From NCBI GenBank assembly GCA_964371245.1, contig CAYJKP010000001.1, positions 251,042-315,041 of the forward strand: 64,000 bases of DNA, in the 5' to 3' direction. Origin of the DNA: an uncultured Gammaproteobacteria bacterium. GTDB lineage: Bacteria > Patescibacteriota > Patescibacteriia > JAHIZJ01. Positions within the stretch are counted from its first letter, which is position 1. Every line of letters starts with the position of its first letter. Shown piece after piece: positions 1 to 7,884 of the stretch. The notes under the pieces are model-generated. The model worked only from the letters and a program-made list of their open reading frames with translations. It searched no databases and was not told the origin of the DNA. The position numbers and the translations under genes were made by a program.

Positions 1-2
1 CG

Positions 3-1271
3 TTTGCCTTATGTTTGCCGTTGCTGGTTCGCGGAGAGGGGCTTGCCTATGCCGCTATCGGTATCGTGATCAATATAATCTTGGCAATAAAATATCGACC
101 GCAAACCAATCGCTCGCGCGCGCTTACCGTCTTATTTTTTCTCGCCGCATTTGGCAGTCTCTGGCTCTTGATTCGCTATGGTCAGCTCTATGGCGGCGAT
201 TATATTAGCTATACGATAAAAAACATGAACGGTGCGCTCGGTTTTCTCGGGCGGTTGAAATATGCCTTTCTCGGACTGGCCGCACTCACGGGGTTACTCC
301 TTCTGGTTCGACGCCAATTTCAAAAAACAAAGAGGACTCTTAGGCTTAGGCCGTATGTCTTCGGCGGTTTGTTGCTCGTTGCGATCGGTTCGGAAATAGC
401 CTTTTGGTTCTGGGCGCGGTCGCATCAGACCGTTAATTGGCGCTGGTTTAAAATCCAGTATGTCATTGATAATTTCTGGGCGTATATGCTGATCCCATAC
501 GTACTGGTGGCCTATTTGGGGATATATAAAAAGTATCTGGCTCAGCGGGTGTATTTTCTGATAGCCATTTTTCTGCCTTCGCTCATCTTCTTGGTCATGC
601 CGGCGATTGCGGTGGATCAGCCCTGGTTCATGCGCCGCTTTTATGGCGGCATAATCCCGCTCCTTTTTATCTTGGCTGGCGTCGCTCTTGGCAAGCTGCT
701 GGCTGGTAAGAAATACGCCTTGAACATCATCATCCTGTTTTTTATCCTTAACCTGTCCGTATCGTTGCCGATCCTCTTTTATAAAGACAATCAAGGAGTT
801 GAACCCCAGCTCGACGCTGTGGCCGCCCGTTTTACTAAAAATGATCTTATCTTGATGCAACCGGGCTGGCATTGGCAGCAGTGGGGGTACGCCTGGCATT
901 ATTTATATGGACTAGACGTCCTGCCGAATGTTGATGGCTTTAGCGCCGATGAATTTGTCGCGCTTATCGAAAAGTATCCTAATGTCTACATAATGAGCGT
1001 CGACAAAGAAAACCCTTATGCGTTAGTTCAGGCGACAGACCTTGAGTACGCTTTTGATTTTACACTCCGGTATCCAACGCTCATCCCAACGGCCTGGGCG
1101 AATGAGTATGTTGAGGATAATAAAAGCAAGCTGTCGCTTGCTGCCATGGCGCAGGCCTGGAAGGGGACGCCGCCACGAACGTTTGAAAACGTTGAACAGC
1201 CACTCCATGTCTTTCGGTTAAAGCAGAAGAATATCCTGATTGATCGATTCAGCCAGATACCAAAATTTTAA
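3..1271 (+). CDS. Multi-pass membrane protein, probable GT-C-fold glycosyltransferase (5'-truncated by window edge)
   Basis: Frame is open from the window start. Many hydrophobic segments, DQPWFMRRF loop motif and a C-terminal soluble domain; lies in the glycan locus. Confidence 0.6.
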   Translation, partial: FALCLPLLVRGEGLAYAAIGIVINIILAIKYRPQTNRSRALTVLFFLAAFGSLWLLIRYGQLYGGDYISYTIKNMNGALGFLGRLKYAFLGLAALTGLLLLVRRQFQKTKRTLRLRPYVFGGLLLVAIGSEIAFWFWARSHQTVNWRWFKIQYVIDNFWAYMLIPYVLVAYLGIYKKYLAQRVYFLIAIFLPSLIFLVMPAIAVDQPWFMRRFYGGIIPLLFILAGVALGKLLAGKKYALNIIILFFILNLSVSLPILFYKDNQGVEPQLDAVAARFTKNDLILMQPGWHWQQWGYAWHYLYGLDVLPNVDGFSADEFVALIEKYPNVYIMSVDKENPYALVQATDLEYAFDFTLRYPTLIPTAWANEYVEDNKSKLSLAAMAQAWKGTPPRTFENVEQPLHVFRLKQKNILIDRFSQIPKF

Positions 1272-1278
1272 CAGTCCT

Positions 1279-2370
1279 ATGCGAATTGCGATCATCAACG
1301 AACTGTACGGTACGACGCGGCAAGGCGGCGAACAGGAAGCGATTTTTGAGCTGACTCGACGCTTGCAGGCTGACCGAACGCTCAAGGTCGATGTGTTTAC
1401 CTATCGGGGCGGGGTGGGTGAGACAAAGATATCGACGGCCTGGCCGGCGCCGCTACGCCAACTTCCATTTTTTCGGGAGTTGTTCGTATTGCCGCGTGTC
1501 GGGCGGACGCTCTCATCTGCGTTGTCTGGGCGCTATGACGCGATTATAACATCGTCACCCATATTATTCAGCCAGATGCCGTCCCCGGCGCCATTGATCT
1601 GCGTGTGTCACGCGATCCGCTCGCAAAAGGCGAAAAAGCTGGCTCGCCAGTCGATCGGAAAACGTGTGTTATTTAATCCGTTTGTTCAAAGGCGGTTAGC
1701 ACGGCTTGAGCGACACGCATTCCAAAAAGCCGCCTCAGTTGTGGTCTTACGCGCCCGGATGAGAGATTTCCTCGTGACGGCGCTGGCCATCCCGTCGGAT
1801 AAAATCACCATCCTGCCAAACGCCGTTGATCAAGATCTCTTCCGGCCCGAATCGGTCGAAAAAGAACACGTCCTCTTTGTCGGCCGGGCCACCTCAATGA
1901 AGGGCGTTGACCTGCTCCTTGCGGCGGCACCGAATATCCATGCGCCAGTCGTGGTCGTAACGAAAATAGCGCCAATAAGCGTCCGAAAAAAAGCGAACGC
2001 AGCTGGCGTAAAACTCATATTCAATGTATCACACGAGGCCATGCCGCAGCTCTATCAGCGCGCCCACTGCCTTGTGCTTCCGAGCCGCGATGAAGAGATG
2101 CCCCTGACCGTGCTTGAGGCGATGGCGTGCGGTTTGCCGATCGTCGTAACCCGGGAAGCGGCGGCCGGTCTTATTCAGGACGGTGAAAATGGTTTTCTAC
2201 TAAACACCGAGGAGCCGAGGGAGTTTGCCGAACGCGTGAATAATATATTGGCGAATAAAAAAATAGCCGGTGAATTCGGCCAGCGCAATCGACAACTGAT
2301 TGAGCAGCAATATTCTTGGAATGGCTACCTCCGGGCTTTCCGTGAGATTTTGACTAGACTAGTGCATTAG
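1279..2370 (+). CDS. Glycosyltransferase family 4 (GT-B)
   Basis: MRIAIINE...GGEQ N-terminus, FVGR, KG and EEMPLTVLEAMACG (EX7E). ATG at 1279 preferred over the longer ORF start. Confidence 0.9.
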   Translation: MRIAIINELYGTTRQGGEQEAIFELTRRLQADRTLKVDVFTYRGGVGETKISTAWPAPLRQLPFFRELFVLPRVGRTLSSALSGRYDAIITSSPILFSQMPSPAPLICVCHAIRSQKAKKLARQSIGKRVLFNPFVQRRLARLERHAFQKAASVVVLRARMRDFLVTALAIPSDKITILPNAVDQDLFRPESVEKEHVLFVGRATSMKGVDLLLAAAPNIHAPVVVVTKIAPISVRKKANAAGVKLIFNVSHEAMPQLYQRAHCLVLPSRDEEMPLTVLEAMACGLPIVVTREAAAGLIQDGENGFLLNTEEPREFAERVNNILANKKIAGEFGQRNRQLIEQQYSWNGYLRAFREILTRLVH

Positions 2371-3507
2371 GTTTTCGTACACCGGCAATAAATCACGCTC
2401 AACAATATGCGGCCAGGTAAACCGTTCTATTGAGGAACGGGTATTTTTTTTCAGCTCAGCCAGTTTTTCAAAAAGCTCCAGAAAACCCGCCTTGATTCCA
2501 TCAATGGTATCTGGCACGACCAGGCCGTTAAAGCCATTTTTTACATAGGTTTCATTACCGGCAGTATTTGTCGCTAAAACAGGCAATCCCGCCGACAAGT
2601 ACTCTGGCACCTTTAGGGGTGGTTGATGCTCGTATATGGCCGTTTTTGGCACGTAGGACACGGCTGCATCGGCGATATTAAGCCAGCTGGATACCTCATG
2701 GTAGGGTACGCGGCCGGTAAAAAGGATTTCGCTCCCAGCTAGGCGACCAGCTAAGCGTTCTAGCTCGGGTCGATCGTTCCCATCGCCAAGAAGAATCAGT
2801 TTGCTTTTTGGCAGATTCGGCAATGCTTTAATAAAACCCGCCACCAGTTTTCCGAGCTGGCGTTTCCGATCGAACGTGCCTGAATAAACAAAAACGGTGG
2901 CGTCATCGGTTACGGCATAGCGTTGGCGCAACTCGGCTCGTTTGCCAAGATCGGGCTTAAATAATTCGGGGTTAACGCCCAAGGGGATAGTAGGCGTTGT
3001 CTTTCCAGGGAATAATTTTTGACCAAGGCGTTCATCCAGCGAAACCGTAATATCAGCCTGCTGGCGGGCGATACGAAATGATACCTCGGCGACCTTTTGT
3101 CGGAGTCCCGGCCGGAGGGAGCCGGTTCGGATGTCGAATATTCGCCGCGCTGATCCGACAAACAGCCGCAAGCCAAGCAGCGCAATACCGGCAAATAGAA
3201 AAGGATTGAAAACGTGGACGATATCGATCGGCTCGGCTGTATTCAGGCGGCGTATTTTATTGATCAGCGCGAACGCGAACCGCCATGACAACCAGACCGA
3301 TTCCTGGTCTGAAAAGGGGAGCCGGTGGACCTGGATACCGTCGAGTGTTTCTTCAACGGGCTGGCCGGGCTGTCGGCTGCAGACAACGTGAACCCGGTGG
3401 CCGCGCTGTACTAGGACGCGCGCTAATTCAAGCGTTCCGGTTTTGCCGATGCAGGGCGGGATATACGCCAGGTGGGCGAATAGAATGGTAAATTTTTTTT
3501 GGGTCAT
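2359..3507 (-). CDS. Glycosyltransferase family 4
   Basis: LARVLVQRGHRVHVV, YSGTF, FTGRVPY and PLKVPEYLSAGLPV motifs. Confidence 0.9.
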   Translation of the reverse strand: MTQKKFTILFAHLAYIPPCIGKTGTLELARVLVQRGHRVHVVCSRQPGQPVEETLDGIQVHRLPFSDQESVWLSWRFAFALINKIRRLNTAEPIDIVHVFNPFLFAGIALLGLRLFVGSARRIFDIRTGSLRPGLRQKVAEVSFRIARQQADITVSLDERLGQKLFPGKTTPTIPLGVNPELFKPDLGKRAELRQRYAVTDDATVFVYSGTFDRKRQLGKLVAGFIKALPNLPKSKLILLGDGNDRPELERLAGRLAGSEILFTGRVPYHEVSSWLNIADAAVSYVPKTAIYEHQPPLKVPEYLSAGLPVLATNTAGNETYVKNGFNGLVVPDTIDGIKAGFLELFEKLAELKKNTRSSIERFTWPHIVERDLLPVYENLMH

Positions 3508-4271
3508 TGTCCGAGCAGATAACGGACCGTTCTGATGAACAGAGCCCGATAATAATGGGGATAATCGTGCCGATAATTTTTCAGATATTCCCGGTGGAGC
3601 GCGAACCGCTCGGCCCGCGACAGTGTCTGCGTAATGGCACCGGACGAAACGCGGTAGGCGACGCAGATGTCTGGGAGATTATGCATTTTACCGACGCGGC
3701 CGAGTTTCAGATAAAATTCATAGTCAGAGGCGACCCGGTAGCGCGGGTCATACCCGCCGACAGCCAGCGCGGCGTCGCGCCGGAAAACGGCGGTCGAATT
3801 GGTGATTCGATTTGCGGCCAGCATGCCGGCTCGGATTCCCCGGTCCGTTTCTTTTCGGACGAGATCGCGAAGCGATTGTCCTTTCTCATCAACAATGCGC
3901 ACGCCGGTACCGACAACCACATAGTCAGGGTGTTCTTCGAGAAAAGCGACTTGCTTTTTTAACTTGGTGTCGTCGATCCAATAATCATCATCATCGATCT
4001 TGGCGATGTACTGCCCGCGGGCGCGATTCAAGCTGCGATTGGCCGAGGCAGCAATGCCAAGCTGTTCCGGGTTGGTAATGACCCGGACCCGGGAATCACT
4101 GTTGGCGAGGTAATCAAGGTAGCCTTTTGTTTCATCGGTTGAATGGTCGTCGACGACAATGAGCTCAAGCTCGGCGTCGCGCTGACGCAGAACGCTCTCA
4201 AGCGCTTGCTTGAGCCAGACGACCCGATTTCGGGTGCTGCAGGTGACGCTGATGAGTGGCAGGTTGGCCAT
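3504..4271 (-). CDS. Glycosyltransferase family 2 (GT-A)
   Basis: ELIVVDDHSTDET, ARGQYIAKIDDDD (DXD) and GGYD...SDYE motifs. Confidence 0.92.
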   Translation of the reverse strand: MANLPLISVTCSTRNRVVWLKQALESVLRQRDAELELIVVDDHSTDETKGYLDYLANSDSRVRVITNPEQLGIAASANRSLNRARGQYIAKIDDDDYWIDDTKLKKQVAFLEEHPDYVVVGTGVRIVDEKGQSLRDLVRKETDRGIRAGMLAANRITNSTAVFRRDAALAVGGYDPRYRVASDYEFYLKLGRVGKMHNLPDICVAYRVSSGAITQTLSRAERFALHREYLKNYRHDYPHYYRALFIRTVRYLLGQ

Positions 4272-4294
4272 ATAAACTCACTAGGTGGTTATTG

Positions 4295-4939
4295 TTATGA
4301 CGAGCGTTTTTCGCAGATGATGAAATAATGGTAGAGGTTTTCCTTCACTGGATAGTGGCGTTTAATGTCCCAGCCGTTGTTTTTTATATCAGCCAGGACT
4401 TTCCGCAGGGGCGTGTTCCGCGCGCCGATTTCCCAGTGATGGACGCCGTCGTATTGCCACTTCTTTGGCCACAGGATAAATATCCTTGCCCAGGAGAACT
4501 TACGAAAAAACGGCCGAAACGTCAAGCCTGAATAGAATTTTACGGCTCCGCGCGCAGTGTAGGGGAGACTGATCACGAGATGCCGATTACAGACGTCTTT
4601 CAGGGCGGTCAGGCTATGGAGGAAATCATCGTAGGTGATATGCTCAAACACTTGGCAAGCGAGGACGAGATCGAATGTTGGCAGATGATAGGAGTTTATT
4701 TTTGATACGTCGCCTACGTAATCCGGCTTGTTCGCCGGGTCAAAATCAAAACTTGAGAGTGCCACCCCCATTTGCGTTAGCGTGTAGGCGACCACGCCAT
4801 TGCCAACGCCTATTTCAAGGACGTTCTTTGGCTGAAGCTGCCTGACCTCATGTATTTGATACCAAAAAGAGTTCCAGCGTTCCAAGCTGAGGTAGTGTTC
4901 CGAGGCGTAGGTGCCTTTTTGCTGGAGAGGGTATGCCAT
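4295..4939 (-). CDS. Class I SAM-dependent methyltransferase
   Basis: VLEIGVGNG motif I and FDLVLACQVFEH. Confidence 0.88.
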   Translation of the reverse strand: MAYPLQQKGTYASEHYLSLERWNSFWYQIHEVRQLQPKNVLEIGVGNGVVAYTLTQMGVALSSFDFDPANKPDYVGDVSKINSYHLPTFDLVLACQVFEHITYDDFLHSLTALKDVCNRHLVISLPYTARGAVKFYSGLTFRPFFRKFSWARIFILWPKKWQYDGVHHWEIGARNTPLRKVLADIKNNGWDIKRHYPVKENLYHYFIICEKRSS

Positions 4940-4985
4940 AGTTTTTTCAGTCAGGCTCGTAAATGTTTAAATTCGTGACGGTTGG

Positions 4986-6332
4986 TTACTCGACGGGGTC
5001 AACCGGCGGTTCTTCAGTTATCGCCTCCGGTACAATTTTCGAAAAATAGCGCTGCGATACGATCATAACCCAGGCAATTGCTAATATGTTTAAAGCCACC
5101 TTTGTCCAGGCGGCACCGATTGATCCGAACGACGGTATAAAGATCAAGTTAAGGCCGATGCAAAACAGTAATTGGGTGATATTCATGAAGGCGATCGCTC
5201 GGACGCGTTTTAATCGATAGAGGACGACGATCAGCGGATTTACCAGCATATTCATGCCGCTGGCGATGAACAAAATGCGCAGTATCGGCGAGGCGTTTTC
5301 ATAGCGGTGGCCGAACATGAGATTGATGAGAAACGGCGAGAAAAAGACCAGGATTATAATCGAGACTACAACCAGTGGGAAAAATTTCAAGATAGTCGCA
5401 TAAAAGCGTTTCAGCCGCTCACCGGTATAGCGCGAGAGGTGCGGCAAAAAGGTGCTGGTAACCGCGGTCGACGAGATGTTAAAAAAGTTGGCGAAGTTCA
5501 TGGCGGCGTTATACAAACCGACGTCATTAAGTGAGGTCATCCGCGTCAGGAAAAAGGTATCGAGTCGCATAAAGATCATTGAAGCGGCCAGCGAAACGGT
5601 GATCCATTTGCTGAAGTGGAATGTTTCCCGCTGGACCGCGCGATATTCTTCGATATTGACAGGCCGCCGGATCGGAAACGACGGAACGATAAAGGCGCCG
5701 AACATGAGGCCGAAGACCGTGGCAATGACGAGAATGCTGACGGCCGGGTTGGGCGTCAATTCATGTCTCAGCACATAGACGAATCCCAGCAGGAGTAGGA
5801 TTTTCATCGCGCTGATGAAAATGTTGTATGAGACCTTGATCGCAAAGCGTCGATATGACAACAAGACCGATGAGATGAAGTTCTGAATATTAATAAGGAA
5901 AACCGCGATCAGCGCCAGGCGGAAGGGAGCGGCGACGGCTGGTTTATTGAAGATAAAATCCGCCACCCAGTTTGAAAGAAGGAAGCCGGCCGTGCACAAG
6001 AGCGCTGATGAAAGCACCCGGTAGCGCAGCGAGACGTAAAAAATCGCTTTGGCGAGACGTTCCCGCCCCTCAGTCAAATGCTGCGAGGCGAAGCGGATGA
6101 CGGTTGTGGTCAGGCCGGAGTCGGACAATTCAACGACGACGACCAGGATGGCGGTGGCGAAAGAATAGATACCAAAATTCTCGACCGACATGTTACGCGA
6201 GACGAGCACGGAGAAACCAAAGACCAGTAAGGCGTTGACGAAATTGCCGATAAACATGATCACTGTATCCCGGGAGACGCGGGAACGGGAGGCGTGGATA
6301 AGGTCGGACAGGTAGGTGGTTGCTTTACCCAT
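4986..6332 (-). CDS. Wzx-type oligosaccharide flippase
   Basis: About 12 TM segments with FGIYS, VGLYNAA and LIFIPSFGSIGAAW motifs of the polysaccharide exporter (MOP) family. Confidence 0.88.
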   Translation of the reverse strand: MGKATTYLSDLIHASRSRVSRDTVIMFIGNFVNALLVFGFSVLVSRNMSVENFGIYSFATAILVVVVELSDSGLTTTVIRFASQHLTEGRERLAKAIFYVSLRYRVLSSALLCTAGFLLSNWVADFIFNKPAVAAPFRLALIAVFLINIQNFISSVLLSYRRFAIKVSYNIFISAMKILLLLGFVYVLRHELTPNPAVSILVIATVFGLMFGAFIVPSFPIRRPVNIEEYRAVQRETFHFSKWITVSLAASMIFMRLDTFFLTRMTSLNDVGLYNAAMNFANFFNISSTAVTSTFLPHLSRYTGERLKRFYATILKFFPLVVVSIIILVFFSPFLINLMFGHRYENASPILRILFIASGMNMLVNPLIVVLYRLKRVRAIAFMNITQLLFCIGLNLIFIPSFGSIGAAWTKVALNILAIAWVMIVSQRYFSKIVPEAITEEPPVDPVE

Positions 6333-7884
6333 GTCGGTGGGGATTATGGTGAGGTTGTATTTCGACGTGACCGCGCCAGTTTATCGGCGCAGCGAATTGT
6401 AAATTCATATCATCGATTGGTTGCGATGATATAATATTGACATTTTCGGAAGTGATACCCGCAAAATTGATCATTGAATTTTTCCGGATCTCGTTTAATG
6501 ACGGTATTTTCGCGTAATCAAACCCCATGATTTTTGCCGCTATGAAGTCAACCGCTAGAGGGTGAAAGCCGGCCAGGACAAGGCCCGCTTTTTTGGGCAA
6601 GCACTCCATCGGCCCCTCTTTCTCTCCGGCGGTGATTCCATCGACGAGACAAAAATAATTACGCTGCCGGTCGTGATGCAGACGGCCTTCCCGATCAGCG
6701 TAGAAGAGGATGTAATTAAGGTCGGCGATCGTCCGCCAAACGGTGTCGTTTCCATACCAGCTGCCCTCAGAAAAAACCCCTGGTGGCGGAAAGAGTATTT
6801 GATAAGTCTTTCGATCAGCCTGAGGATAAACGGATTTGAATTTATCATAATCCGCTTGATCAGTTGCGGTTGCGATTCTATTATGTCCGTATTCCAAAAC
6901 ACGGCGCACCTTTTTCAGTACCGTTGCCAGCCAGACGCCGACGAATTGATGGCGCTTTAACATAGAAAAAATTCGGGATTTCGCCAGTCGCCAAAACGCG
7001 ATTTTCGGATATTCGTCACCGCCCGTGCCGATCTTTCCGACACGGTGATGGGCGATCCAACGTTTATCGCCGTTAATGCCGATGATATTTTTTAGGGCCA
7101 CGGTGAGACCGGCCTTGCGGTGAGTTTTTAATTTCGGCACGTTGATAAATAAATCGGCCGAAAGCATGGTTTTGGCGATATAGTATTCATTAACCTCGCC
7201 ATGGTGATGTTGGCTGACCGATCCCCGCGTGTAGTCGGTTATCATCAATCGTTCCGAATATTCACGAATCGGATATAAGGCGCTTGAGCGATTCAAGTCG
7301 ATGCTGGCATATCCCCGCGGATCGCGTTCTTTGAAATCGCGCTTCGAAATAATTTTTTCTGAGTTGAAATATGAAATTTCCTTCCGTAAATCCAGCAATT
7401 CAAGCAGTATGTTTTGAGCGCGATAATACTCGACCAAGTCGCGCAGCCCGCTCTCGGTGATGACCTCGTTCCAATCAGAGCTTTGGAGAATGCAATCAGC
7501 GATAATTATCTGACAATTACCGTTCGTGGAAAGCAAAAGATAATCGATAACCGGACGGATAACCGAAGCGTGGGTGATAATACTGAGCACGCCCGCGTGG
7601 CCAAGCGGGTGATTTCCTCTGACGAGATTCGGTTTAATAACAACGCGCTGTCCGGGCTTGATGAGTTCGCGAAAGGGTTTCCACCCCGGCGTTCCGACGT
7701 GACTGCGGTCAAGGCCGAGCTGGATAAATAATTCACGAACCTGGTTGTACACCTGGTTCGCGGCATCGCGGTCTGGTTGATAGGGGAGGGAGACCAACTC
7801 GGGATATTGACTCGGTGGATGGTACGGCGGATCGGGATAGTTACACCAGGCGCTCCGTACCAAGCCTACGTCATGATAGTTCAT
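6325..7884 (-). CDS. DUF362 domain-containing protein (long form)
   Basis: VVIKPN, INVPKLKTHRKAGLTVALKN, DGITAGEKEGP and LAVDFIAAKIMGFD motifs characteristic of DUF362. Confidence 0.8.
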   Translation of the reverse strand: MNYHDVGLVRSAWCNYPDPPYHPPSQYPELVSLPYQPDRDAANQVYNQVRELFIQLGLDRSHVGTPGWKPFRELIKPGQRVVIKPNLVRGNHPLGHAGVLSIITHASVIRPVIDYLLLSTNGNCQIIIADCILQSSDWNEVITESGLRDLVEYYRAQNILLELLDLRKEISYFNSEKIISKRDFKERDPRGYASIDLNRSSALYPIREYSERLMITDYTRGSVSQHHHGEVNEYYIAKTMLSADLFINVPKLKTHRKAGLTVALKNIIGINGDKRWIAHHRVGKIGTGGDEYPKIAFWRLAKSRIFSMLKRHQFVGVWLATVLKKVRRVLEYGHNRIATATDQADYDKFKSVYPQADRKTYQILFPPPGVFSEGSWYGNDTVWRTIADLNYILFYADREGRLHHDRQRNYFCLVDGITAGEKEGPMECLPKKAGLVLAGFHPLAVDFIAAKIMGFDYAKIPSLNEIRKNSMINFAGITSENVNIISSQPIDDMNLQFAAPINWRGHVEIQPHHNPHRHG

